From: Candidatus Omnitrophota bacterium
Lineage (GTDB): Bacteria > Omnitrophota > Gorgyraeia > 2-01-FULL-45-10
Length of the DNA: 64,000 nucleotides
Direction of reading: 5' to 3'
Assembly (NCBI GenBank): GCA_016935115.1
Contig: JAFGRN010000002.1
Coordinates: forward strand, 3,748-67,747
Below the pieces are notes generated by a model. That model was given only the letters and a program-made list of their open reading frames with translations, had not been told where the DNA came from and searched no databases. The first letter of the stretch is position 1. Each line of letters opens with the position of its first letter. The position numbers and the translations under genes are program-made. This document shows, piece after piece, positions 10,053 through 19,220 of the stretch.

Positions 10053-11056
10053 AGTATTATGAATTCATCTTTTTTGTAAGTTCTTTTTGCCCGCCTGCCT
10101 ATAACCGAATCCCATTTTATAGGGCTCATCCCATAGGCGGGACGTTTTGTGGTAATATTAGCCTCGAAAAATTCTTCGCCTTTCCCTATGTGGCGGGCAG
10201 CCACGATACTTTTTCGTACAATATCTCTATTTTTTAGCTCTGCAGCGAGGGGCCTTTTGATACCGTCTCCGAGGCCTTTTTCCACGTTGCGCACAGCGCT
10301 GACCATTTCATTAAACTCGCGTGGTTCCAGCGATGCCCGGTGATCCGGCCCCCTCATATTTTTATCAAGAGTAAAATGCTTTTCGATAACCGTCGCTCCG
10401 AGCGCCACGGCCGCTATTGCCATCTCCGTGCCGGGCGTATGATCAGAATACCCCACATTCACTCCCAGGACTTTTTTCATAGTCAGCATAGCATTTAGGT
10501 TTGCATTTTCAAAAGGCGCGGGATATGCCGTGGTGCATTGCATAATGGTAATATCATCTTTTCGGGTGCCGCAGGATACTAAAATCTTTATCGCCTCTCT
10601 GACTTCATCAAGATCCGACATGCCGGTAGACAACAGGATCTTCCTCTTCAAGGCTCCTGCTTTTCTAAGATACGGCACATTATCAATCTCGCCGGAAGGT
10701 ATCTTGAGGGTGCGAAGCCCGAGCCGCGATAAAAAATTCAGGCTTTCTATGTCAAAAGCGCTTGACATGAACTCAATGCGCATTTTTTTGCAGTGAGCTT
10801 GCAACTTAATAAAGGCGCCTTTATTAAGCTCCAATTTTTTCAGCATTTGAAATTGTGACCGAAAACCCTTGGCGGCTCTCTTCTGATATTCGGCTTGCGG
10901 CGCGCTTTTCGTGGCAATTGCCCCGGCGATAAATGTTTGAAATTTTATACCGTCCGCGCCGGATTTCGCTGCAGCATATACCATCTTCCTGGCAGCTCCC
11001 AAGCTACCGTTATGATTAACACCCGCCTCAGCTATGATAAAGGTCTTATTTGCCAT
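10049..11056 (-). CDS. N-acetylneuraminate-synthase-family nonulosonate synthase (NeuB/LegI-like)
   Basis: KTFIIAEAGVNHNGSLG…GADGIKFQTF motif. The track N-terminus (11155) runs into the upstream gene; the ATG at 11056 (MANKTF…) with GGAGG just upstream is the likely start. Confidence 0.75.
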   Translation of the reverse strand: MANKTFIIAEAGVNHNGSLGAARKMVYAAAKSGADGIKFQTFIAGAIATKSAPQAEYQKRAAKGFRSQFQMLKKLELNKGAFIKLQAHCKKMRIEFMSSAFDIESLNFLSRLGLRTLKIPSGEIDNVPYLRKAGALKRKILLSTGMSDLDEVREAIKILVSCGTRKDDITIMQCTTAYPAPFENANLNAMLTMKKVLGVNVGYSDHTPGTEMAIAAVALGATVIEKHFTLDKNMRGPDHRASLEPREFNEMVSAVRNVEKGLGDGIKRPLAAELKNRDIVRKSIVAARHIGKGEEFFEANITTKRPAYGMSPIKWDSVIGRRAKRTYKKDEFIIL

Positions 11057-11762
11057 GTGCCTCCGGCATATATACAAATCTGTAGCCATGCAGCTCCAGG
11101 CAGGCACCCTGCATAGCCGGGTAAGCGGTTGCCTTGATACGCCTTGCGATCTCATCTTTTTCCATATCAGGGCTCAACCGGCATAAATCATTGAGTTCTC
11201 TACGGGTGTAAAGCCTGTCGCTCCAGCGTTCTGTGGCAGAACAACAGGATAGCGCGCCTGTAGATACATATTTTTCGAAAACTCGATGGAATTGCCGGGC
11301 CAGGTGATCATAACATTTTTGGGTCAGAGAATAGACCGTATCCCCGGGTGATATCGCAAATCTTGCCACATCAACTATTCTGCCGGAATCTACATTCGCG
11401 GCCATAAGGTGCGCCGTAACCCCATATTTTGTCTCCCCGTTATATATGGCGAAATTGGTACATCCTATACCGCGATATTCAGGCGGCCCAGGATGGAAGT
11501 TGATGGAGAATTCTCTTATACTATCCAAAACCCCGGAGGGAACTATCCACGGCGACAGATACGATATGCATATATCGTACCCATGCCTTTCTACCCCCCG
11601 GGGAAAAGGGTCTCCTACTTTTCCGATAAAGCTGTCCACTATGCCGAAACATTTCCGTAAAATACCAAGCGCCTTTTTAAGCCCAGGTTTATCCTTGGCG
11701 AATAAAACCACCTTTTTGTCCTGCATCCTCTTTGTCACACAACCAGGCCCATTCCCTTTCAT
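11046..11762 (-). CDS. formyltransferase-domain protein (Fmt-like; candidate sugar N-formyltransferase)
   Basis: HPGPPEYRGIGCTNFAIYNGETKYGVTAH… resembles the HPSLLP…G core of N10-formyl-THF formyltransferases, and the gene sits inside the Leg-like module. Confidence 0.6.
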   Translation of the reverse strand: MKGNGPGCVTKRMQDKKVVLFAKDKPGLKKALGILRKCFGIVDSFIGKVGDPFPRGVERHGYDICISYLSPWIVPSGVLDSIREFSINFHPGPPEYRGIGCTNFAIYNGETKYGVTAHLMAANVDSGRIVDVARFAISPGDTVYSLTQKCYDHLARQFHRVFEKYVSTGALSCCSATERWSDRLYTRRELNDLCRLSPDMEKDEIARRIKATAYPAMQGACLELHGYRFVYMPEAHGK

Positions 11763-13813
11763 TTCAATACGCCCTCCGGCCGCACGAGTGGCTTCACCTT
11801 CCTGAAATAGTTATCGATATGAACCAGGGTTGTCGTCTTAAACAACCCGTAGGGATTATTTTCATCGACGTCGTACCTTTCGATCACGGTGCTTATAAGC
11901 TTGGCCTGATCATCCGATATCTCAAATGTTATGGCCACGGGATGTTCCAGCTTATAATCCGAGAGTTTCCCCCGGAATCCCGACTCGATCCATTTCAGTA
12001 TGTCATGCCGCACGGTGATCACTTTTTCTCTCACGATATTTTTGGATATGACGCCGGATAATTTTGCCAGGATATACTCGCGTATATCGGCCATCTCTTC
12101 ACGGATCCGGGCCGCCTCACCCTTTTTCCCGTCGGTTAAGTAACGCCCGGCCATCTCCGAAAAATATGCCGCGTACGTATCAAAATATACCGAGGACGCG
12201 AATATGCTGCACTTCTGCATGAGGTTATCCCCCTGCTCGCGCTCCACCAGCTTCCTGTAATTCTCTTCTTTCGAATAGAACCGGATCAGCTCCTCGGGCG
12301 AGTTCCAGAGCTCCGATCTTGCCTCAGCGGTAAATTTTCCGAAGCACCCGGCGGCCTTAGACCTGTTTTTCCTCAGGTCCTCAAAAACGTAGACCAGCCA
12401 GTCAAATATATCGACTCCATACTGTTTCATGTATTCGATGAGCTCGCGGTATATGCCGTTATTCACGAGAAGCCTTAACAGGCCGTGGAAACTCCGGAAG
12501 TATATGTAATCCTCAAAATTATACGAATTCGTGCCGACGACGACCTTCTCTATCTCGAAGCTGTACTTTCCATTCACCTTCCCGAAGTTTCTCGGTATGA
12601 GACGATAGCGTATGTCATATTTGAACTTTTCGTGCGCTTCTTCCGAATCCAGCTCTATCCCGTCGAGGAGCATAAATGTGAAGGGATCCACGAAATCGAA
12701 ATTATACTTCATCATATCCCGGAGGGTATTCATGTGAGACTGTCGGGTTTCGTGGGGAAGCCCCGTGATGATCTCGGTACTGACATTCTTATTCATACTG
12801 TGCACCAGATTTATGTATTCTACGATCTTATCCCCGCTGAGATTGCGCCTCTTTATGCCCTCCAGAACCTTCTGGTCTGTGGACTGCATAGCAAGCCCGT
12901 ACTTCATGCCCTTGAGCCTGGAGATGCGCTTTATATGCTCACTCGTGGCGGCTTTGCCATAGGGCGCAGTAAAGATCCTGGGATAGTCTAACTCCTGCTG
13001 TAACCTGTACACGACATCGACCGTATCATAATCCCTTTCATACAAGCCAAAATTGGAATCGCATACCATAAGATCATAAATATTATTAGCTATCGCCATT
13101 TTCGATATATACTCCAGTTCTTTTCTTATCCTGTCCATACTGAAATTACCTATGCGCCTGTTCTGTTCATTAGAAGCCCAGCAGTACGCGCATGTATGAG
13201 GACAGCCTCTTGTCGTCTGCATGGACGGAGTAAACCTCTTCTCATTAAAAAACTTGTCCATTAAACCGGTAAGGTGCGGCGACGGAAATATGTCAAGCTC
13301 TTTTGGGCGCGAAATATTCGCGCCAGCTACAAACTCTCCTTTTTTGTTAATACATAATACGCCTTCTATTGGTGTGCTCTTCATTTTTTCAATATCACAA
13401 CCTGTATCGAAATAGGCATTTAGAAGATTAGAAAAAGCTATCTCCCCATCATACGGAATCAAAAAATCGATATGGCTATTTTCCTGGAGAAATAATTTTT
13501 GCCTTTTCTTATCCAGCGGAAAGGCGAGCCCCCCGAAGACTATCATAGAATCGGGATTTTTCTGCTTTACATATTTACTTGCCATCAAAGCGACATTCTT
13601 ATTCCATACATAACATGAACCGGCAAATATATCCGGAGGGTTATTCTCGACCAATTTAAAAAATTCGTCCGCATATTTAAAGATGCCTGCACTACATCTG
13701 GATCCGAAATTAGCCAGCGCATATGCCGCAACATACGCGCTGCCAAGCGGCATTACATCACATGCCAGGATACCATCATTATAAGTAAGATCCGCAAAAT
13801 ATATTTTCCTCAT
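11759..13813 (-). CDS. large (684 aa) cobalamin-binding radical SAM enzyme with extended C-terminal domain
   Basis: B12-binding-like N-terminus, radical SAM motif TRGCPHTCAYC, and a C-terminal extension of about 250 aa. Paralogous to 22168..24195 and 47366..49381 (shared IPSPYLTG…TxRGCPxxCxYC). TAATG overlap with the upstream aminotransferase. Confidence 0.8.
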   Translation of the reverse strand: MRKIYFADLTYNDGILACDVMPLGSAYVAAYALANFGSRCSAGIFKYADEFFKLVENNPPDIFAGSCYVWNKNVALMASKYVKQKNPDSMIVFGGLAFPLDKKRQKLFLQENSHIDFLIPYDGEIAFSNLLNAYFDTGCDIEKMKSTPIEGVLCINKKGEFVAGANISRPKELDIFPSPHLTGLMDKFFNEKRFTPSMQTTRGCPHTCAYCWASNEQNRRIGNFSMDRIRKELEYISKMAIANNIYDLMVCDSNFGLYERDYDTVDVVYRLQQELDYPRIFTAPYGKAATSEHIKRISRLKGMKYGLAMQSTDQKVLEGIKRRNLSGDKIVEYINLVHSMNKNVSTEIITGLPHETRQSHMNTLRDMMKYNFDFVDPFTFMLLDGIELDSEEAHEKFKYDIRYRLIPRNFGKVNGKYSFEIEKVVVGTNSYNFEDYIYFRSFHGLLRLLVNNGIYRELIEYMKQYGVDIFDWLVYVFEDLRKNRSKAAGCFGKFTAEARSELWNSPEELIRFYSKEENYRKLVEREQGDNLMQKCSIFASSVYFDTYAAYFSEMAGRYLTDGKKGEAARIREEMADIREYILAKLSGVISKNIVREKVITVRHDILKWIESGFRGKLSDYKLEHPVAITFEISDDQAKLISTVIERYDVDENNPYGLFKTTTLVHIDNYFRKVKPLVRPEGVLK

Positions 13814-14922
13814 TAGGCAATCAGCTCCTTTAGCTTGGTCGTAACACGATATATATCATCCTTCGTATTCATTACGGAACTCGGAAGGCATAGGCCCCTG
13901 TCGTAAAGACCGCGCGACCGACTGTAATCACCCTTTCCGTACTTCCTATATGGCGGAAACCCGGTCGCAGGCATAAAGATCCGCCTGGTCGGAATATTAT
14001 GTTTCATGAGTTTCTTCTGCAGCCTGGCTATATTAATGCCATCGGCAAAAGATACACAGGTAAACCAATTTGAGCTCCGGCCTCCGTCGCATTCCTCCTG
14101 AAAACGTATAGTCTTGATACCACCGAGCTTCTCGCGGTATATAGAATTGATCCGGTTCTTGCTGGCCAGAAACCGGTTGATTTTTTTCAGCTGCGCGAGG
14201 CCGAGTGCTGCCTCTATATTGGTCATCCTGTAATTGAATCCCATCTCAGGGTGGTAGAGGGAATTTGCCTTATCCTTTGCCTGATTCACGAGAAACTTTA
14301 TATGCCCCGCCTTCCCCGCGTCCCGGCTGACGACCATGCCTCCGCCGCCGGTCGTTATGATCTTGTTGCCGTTAAAACTGAAGCAACCGAAATCGCCGAA
14401 TGTGCCGGTCTGCCTGCCCTTATATGTGGCACCAAGACTCTCCGTGGCATCCTCTATTACGGCCAGCCCGTGCTTCCTGGCTATTCTCATGATAGCGCCC
14501 ATATCGCAAGGATTTCCATACAGATGCACCGGCAGTATCGCCTTCGTTCTCCTGTTTATTAGGCGCTCTATGCGGCAGGGGTCTATATTCCACGTCCGGC
14601 TGTCGATATCCGCAAAGACCGGCCTTGCGCCGACATAAAGGACCGGATTTATTGACGCTATAAAAGTTAGCGCCGGCACTATGACCTCGTCTCCCCGCCC
14701 AATTTTCAATTCATGAAGCGCCATATGCAGCGCCGCCGTCCCGCTCTGAGTGGCGACAGCATTTCTCGACCCGACATAACGCGCGAAGGCTTCTTCAAAA
14801 TCGAAAACAAACCGCCCGGCGCTCGACACGTAGCCGGTATCCACGGCTCTGCTGAGATATCTCTTCTCCGCGGCCCCGATGCTCGGCGCATCGAGATATA
14901 TAGTCTTATATATTGTAGACAT
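13813..14922 (-). CDS. DegT/DnrJ/EryC1/StrS-family PLP aminotransferase (LegC/PseC-like)
   Basis: Aminotransferase fold sequences (…VATQSGTAALHMAL…EVIVPALTFIAS…) typical of sugar 4-aminotransferases. Confidence 0.8.
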   Translation of the reverse strand: MSTIYKTIYLDAPSIGAAEKRYLSRAVDTGYVSSAGRFVFDFEEAFARYVGSRNAVATQSGTAALHMALHELKIGRGDEVIVPALTFIASINPVLYVGARPVFADIDSRTWNIDPCRIERLINRRTKAILPVHLYGNPCDMGAIMRIARKHGLAVIEDATESLGATYKGRQTGTFGDFGCFSFNGNKIITTGGGGMVVSRDAGKAGHIKFLVNQAKDKANSLYHPEMGFNYRMTNIEAALGLAQLKKINRFLASKNRINSIYREKLGGIKTIRFQEECDGGRSSNWFTCVSFADGINIARLQKKLMKHNIPTRRIFMPATGFPPYRKYGKGDYSRSRGLYDRGLCLPSSVMNTKDDIYRVTTKLKELIA

Positions 14923-15904
14923 CGCTCCTGTAAAATTTCATATTGTCCTTACTGCGAAACCACTCTATCGTCTCTTTCAGGCCCTCTTCCAGCGAATACC
15001 CGGGACGCCATCCCGCCAGCTTCCTGATCCTGGCATTGCTTCCCACCAGCCTCTCAACCTCACTCTTTTTCGGCCTGAACCTTTTACCGTCGGATATTAT
15101 CCTGGCTCCGGGGTTGATCATCGAGATCAGCTTCCGGGCAAGATCCTTTATGGATATCTCGCTCCCCGTGGCGATGTTGATCTCCTTCCCTATGGTTTTT
15201 TCCGAACGCGCTATCGCGACAAAGCCATTGGCAACATCCTTCACGAAGACCAGATCCCTCGTCGGATAGACGTTTCCGAGCTCAATATCCCTCCTGCCGG
15301 ACAGGAGCTGTGTTATTATGGTAGGTATCACCGCCCTGGCCGACTGCCTTGGCCCGTACGTATTGAACGGCCTGACGATGGTTACAGGCAGCCCAAAACT
15401 CCTGTAAAAAGATTCTGCGATGGCATCGGCCGCGATCTTCGTAGCGGAGTATGGCGATTGACCCTGCCTGGGATGCTTCTCGTCCATCGGCGCATATCTG
15501 GCTGTGCCGTATGTTTCGGAAGTCGATGTAACCAATACATTCTTCACGCCTATATCCTTTGCCGCCTGGAGGACATTCAGAGTTCCTTTTATGTTGGTGT
15601 CTACATAGCTTTCCGGAGAGTGGTAGCTGAATGGGATGCCGATAAGGGCCGCGAGATGGAATATGATATCCGTACCCCTGGCCGCTACCCTGACGTTGTC
15701 GGAGTCCCTGACATCTCCGAGCGCAATATCGATCTTTTTCATCTTCTCCTTGGGAAATGAATCCAGCCAGCCCAGGCTGTTGAAGGAGTTATAGAGCACG
15801 AACGCCCTGACCTTGCACCCTTCTTCCAGTAACTTCTCGACAAGGTGGCTTCCTATGAAACCCTCGGCCCCCGTAACCAGGACTCTCTTCCCCTTAAGGA
15901 TCAT
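14906..15904 (-). CDS. NAD-dependent epimerase/dehydratase (SDR); candidate nucleotide-sugar 4,6-dehydratase (LegB-like)
   Basis: Gly-rich VLVTGAEGFIGSHL and catalytic YSATK. Positioned directly upstream of the aminotransferase, as in Leg/Pse pathways. Confidence 0.7.
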   Translation of the reverse strand: MILKGKRVLVTGAEGFIGSHLVEKLLEEGCKVRAFVLYNSFNSLGWLDSFPKEKMKKIDIALGDVRDSDNVRVAARGTDIIFHLAALIGIPFSYHSPESYVDTNIKGTLNVLQAAKDIGVKNVLVTSTSETYGTARYAPMDEKHPRQGQSPYSATKIAADAIAESFYRSFGLPVTIVRPFNTYGPRQSARAVIPTIITQLLSGRRDIELGNVYPTRDLVFVKDVANGFVAIARSEKTIGKEINIATGSEISIKDLARKLISMINPGARIISDGKRFRPKKSEVERLVGSNARIRKLAGWRPGYSLEEGLKETIEWFRSKDNMKFYRSDVYNI

Positions 15905-17355
15905 TTTCTACCCCCTACCTTCTCCTGTTTTCTATCGTAGTGTCTGGCTCCGCGAAACTTATATTCGCCCTTGAAGTAAAGGTTATAAAACTGTTCTATC
16001 AGATGATTCGCTTCCTTCATGTCCCCGGCCGTATGCTCATAATGGTCTATTATGAGCTCCTTATTCACATTGAAGAGGCTCTCATAAAATTGTTTTTCCG
16101 GAATATCCGTAAAGTTCACTGTCAACAGGTCTGAATTTTTGAAACGCTCGAAGAAATCTTCCGGGCCGCTCAGCAGTCCGCGCCTTATAGCCTCATAGTA
16201 GAGATCACACCCGGGGTATGGCGTCACGGGCCGTATTGTCCGCAGATGATAGTATGTATTTAGCTCCCGAATGAGGCGCACGTTCGATTTAAGCGACGCC
16301 TCGGTATCGCCTATATTCCCCCACAGGAAGTTCAGTCCTATGCCCACGCCCGTCTTCTTCGCTATCCTGACCGCTTTTATATTCTGCTCCACCGTGGTCC
16401 TCTTACCCATGGCGTTGAGCACATTCTGGTCCGACGACTCAAGCCCGAAATTCAGGAAGACGCACCCGCACTCGGCCAGCGTATGAGCTATCTCCTCATC
16501 GAATATATCCACCCTTGCATCACAGTTAAATGTTATTTTAAGGCCCGCCGATTTCAAGGCGTCCCTGAACTCGAGAAGCCTTCTCCTGGACGATATGAAG
16601 AGCTCGTCCTGCATATTGAAATGCCTTACGCCGTACTGTTGATAAAGGATCTTCATCTCCTCTATCACATTGTTTATGCTCCTTAAACGTATGCCCGATT
16701 CCATGCGGTAACAGAAGTTACAGCGATTGGTGCATCCGCGGCCCGTTATGACCGCCAGGACCTTCCCGCCCTCTTCCATGCCCTTCAATCCGACGCAATC
16801 GGCGTAATCCTTCATGGGAAAGATCTCCCACGCCGGGAATGGAAAACGGTCGAGCTGTCTCGACGGTTCCCGCCTCTTGTTCACTACGACGCCATCCCCC
16901 GACCTGAAGGCTATGCCGTCGACATTCGAAATGTCGTTACCGCCGGCAATCTTGCATTTCAGGAGGTCAACCATCGTCTCCTCCGCATCGCCTATGGCCA
17001 CAATATCCGCGCCCGTTGTCTTTATCATATATTCGGGTATCGATGACGGGCCATGCGCACCCAGCACGAGCCAGGCGCCCCCTTTATACTGATTAATGAC
17101 TTCACACAGGTCCAGGACGGTCTCCTTGAACCTGGCGGCCATAAATCCCACACCTATCAGGTCATAGGATCCGTTTTGCAGATACCGCCTGACCAGTTCT
17201 TCATTGGAATAATGAAATACGTCCTGGCACGCCACCGTAACCTCGGCCCCGGATGCTTTAAGAGCCGAAGCGATATACGCGGGCCCGAGCGGAAAGATAT
17301 TATCTTCCTGATAGACGTCGTGTATGATCAGCAGAACCCTGCCTCCGCGACTCAT
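15901..17355 (-). CDS. cobalamin-binding (class B) radical SAM enzyme, 484 aa
   Basis: B12-binding-like N-terminus, GCTNRCNFCYR, and the C-terminal TIRPVTPYPG motif shared with 3063..4451; ATGA overlap with the upstream gene. Confidence 0.8.
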   Translation of the reverse strand: MSRGGRVLLIIHDVYQEDNIFPLGPAYIASALKASGAEVTVACQDVFHYSNEELVRRYLQNGSYDLIGVGFMAARFKETVLDLCEVINQYKGGAWLVLGAHGPSSIPEYMIKTTGADIVAIGDAEETMVDLLKCKIAGGNDISNVDGIAFRSGDGVVVNKRREPSRQLDRFPFPAWEIFPMKDYADCVGLKGMEEGGKVLAVITGRGCTNRCNFCYRMESGIRLRSINNVIEEMKILYQQYGVRHFNMQDELFISSRRRLLEFRDALKSAGLKITFNCDARVDIFDEEIAHTLAECGCVFLNFGLESSDQNVLNAMGKRTTVEQNIKAVRIAKKTGVGIGLNFLWGNIGDTEASLKSNVRLIRELNTYYHLRTIRPVTPYPGCDLYYEAIRRGLLSGPEDFFERFKNSDLLTVNFTDIPEKQFYESLFNVNKELIIDHYEHTAGDMKEANHLIEQFYNLYFKGEYKFRGARHYDRKQEKVGGRK

Positions 17356-19220
17356 CTTAACACACCCTCTTCTTTTGCTATACAGGACGCGATCCTCGCC
17401 GCCGGTTCTTCCCCCCCGACCGGAAAGACATATTTATCTATCATATCCGGGGAATATTTTGAAGGCAGCGCCCCTTCCTTATATTGTTCAAGGCACCGCC
17501 TTAAGCCGTCCCGGTCGCTGACAAAATAGCATCTCGATTCGAGATCCGCTCTCGTCCTGGCATTCAATATGGAGCAGTCCTTAAAGTAAAGGATTATCGG
17601 GATGGGATACAGAAACGCTATCTGGATCAGCATTGTATCGATATTATCTATGATGAGCATGCCATAATCTCCGAAGATTTCCTCAGCCGGGATCTTCCGC
17701 ACAATACGCGCGTCTTTGCCGTACCGTTTTATCAGCCTATTGAAGTGGGCATTCTGGTAATCATCCTGCCCCGGGTGCACCTTCACATCCAGGCGAAGGG
17801 ATAATTCGGCGGTTACGCCCAGGATATCCTTGTGCACAATATACATTTCACCATCCGGCACGTTATATAGTAGCTTCTTCCATGCGTTGAAATTAAATAC
17901 TGTGGGGCCGAACAGGATGGTCCTGCTCTTCAAGGGCGCGATCTTCGCCTTTTTATAGATATCAAAAAATTTCATGGATCCGCATGTGACACCCCCGGGG
18001 AGACCAAGTTCATCGGCACATATTGCATGCTCGATCTTTGAGTGGTATATCTGTATCTTCCTGATATGTTCATTATGCTCGCAATATTTCTGATGGGGGC
18101 ACTTATGAAACGCCTGAACCGACCCGCCATGCTGAAAATAGAATACCGGGATATTATTCTCCGACGCCACATGGGCATAGAGATCCTCGTATGCCCTGCT
18201 TGAGCCGATGGAATAAAGAAAAGCCGATGGCTTGTATTTCTCTATCATGGCCCTTATGGAAAAATCGAAATGGCTTATACGCTCCACGATGTCACGCCGG
18301 TAAATATCGAAGAGCTCCGCCACATACTGCTCAAATACCGGAAAAAACCTCTTAGAGAATGCCGCCAGCTTGTGCCCGTCCCCCATCGCTTTAACGCCCG
18401 CGCCGGAACTTTTCCCTGCATCAGCCGCCAGTTCCCGAGACACTGAGATGAACTTATGGCCGCGCAGGTGCCTCTTCAAACTGGCCACCTCATAGCCATC
18501 CTGAATCACAAATAATGTTCTGGCGCGACCATTCCGGGCAGAGAAGCCGGCGGACATAATCGAAACTGCCTTTTTCCGGATTTGCTTTAACCTGTAGCAA
18601 AATAATCTCCAGCTGATATATCCCGCGGAAAGCTCTCCCCGCGCGCCGTCGATCCACCTGTATCGTCCTGAAAGACATTGAGACAACATGCGAACTTTAT
18701 TTTCGAGCCCAACGAAACGCGGCATAAAGCCATTCGGCGAGACCAGGATGTTCATTTTGAGCGGCCCGTCCCACTCCTTCCTTCCTACGATAATAAAATC
18801 GCCGTACAACTGTTTCATATTTTCGGATACTTTGGAAACATACAACATATCTATGAAGAGTATCAGAAACCAGTAGATATTAGCCGTATAAGCCCTGGGA
18901 AAGCGCGAGTAATGCCCGTACTGCTTATCGAGATCCGCAAAGAGTCCCTCTGTGGCGGCCTGCAGGGTGCCGGCATCAGAATGAAACTGACTACAGGCAT
19001 AAAAGTCCTCGTTTGTTATGCAGGGAATGCCGTTTTCTTCACAGCTGAACATCGCTCCGGGCGTCATGGCATAAATATCGGCGTCTTTCAGGAGCTCTTC
19101 CCCGAGAAGATCCCGCCTGACATAATCGGTCAATATTACCAGTTTCCTATTACCTCGCGTATCTTTCACCGAATACAGCCTCTCTGCATATCCTGCATTC
19201 CCTGGGTGTCTTATTGTCAT
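17352..19220 (-). CDS. large (622 aa) unassigned transferase-like protein; C-terminal region loosely reminiscent of TagF-type glycerophosphotransferases (uncertain)
   Basis: Long ORF in the array orientation. The C-terminal …KVHPGQ…YGMLIIDNIDTMLIQIAFLYPIPIILYF loosely resembles the KxHP…LITDYSS…PVIFF pattern. The annotated ATG at 19220 overlaps the upstream gene by about 70 nt, so the true start may be an internal GTG (about 19169). Confidence 0.4.
   Translation of the reverse strand: MTIRHPGNAGYAERLYSVKDTRGNRKLVILTDYVRRDLLGEELLKDADIYAMTPGAMFSCEENGIPCITNEDFYACSQFHSDAGTLQAATEGLFADLDKQYGHYSRFPRAYTANIYWFLILFIDMLYVSKVSENMKQLYGDFIIVGRKEWDGPLKMNILVSPNGFMPRFVGLENKVRMLSQCLSGRYRWIDGARGELSAGYISWRLFCYRLKQIRKKAVSIMSAGFSARNGRARTLFVIQDGYEVASLKRHLRGHKFISVSRELAADAGKSSGAGVKAMGDGHKLAAFSKRFFPVFEQYVAELFDIYRRDIVERISHFDFSIRAMIEKYKPSAFLYSIGSSRAYEDLYAHVASENNIPVFYFQHGGSVQAFHKCPHQKYCEHNEHIRKIQIYHSKIEHAICADELGLPGGVTCGSMKFFDIYKKAKIAPLKSRTILFGPTVFNFNAWKKLLYNVPDGEMYIVHKDILGVTAELSLRLDVKVHPGQDDYQNAHFNRLIKRYGKDARIVRKIPAEEIFGDYGMLIIDNIDTMLIQIAFLYPIPIILYFKDCSILNARTRADLESRCYFVSDRDGLRRCLEQYKEGALPSKYSPDMIDKYVFPVGGEEPAARIASCIAKEEGVLR

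Noticed and set aside
15890-15960. Apparent one-base discrepancy between the printed sequence and the ORF-track coordinates around 15901 (printed ...aagga/catttt... versus the track-implied ...aaggatcat...)
   Set aside because: Coordinates resynchronise within the next printed line, which is one character short, so this looks like a print or line-wrap artefact rather than a genuine frameshift or pseudogene. The track proteins are full-length homologues on both sides.
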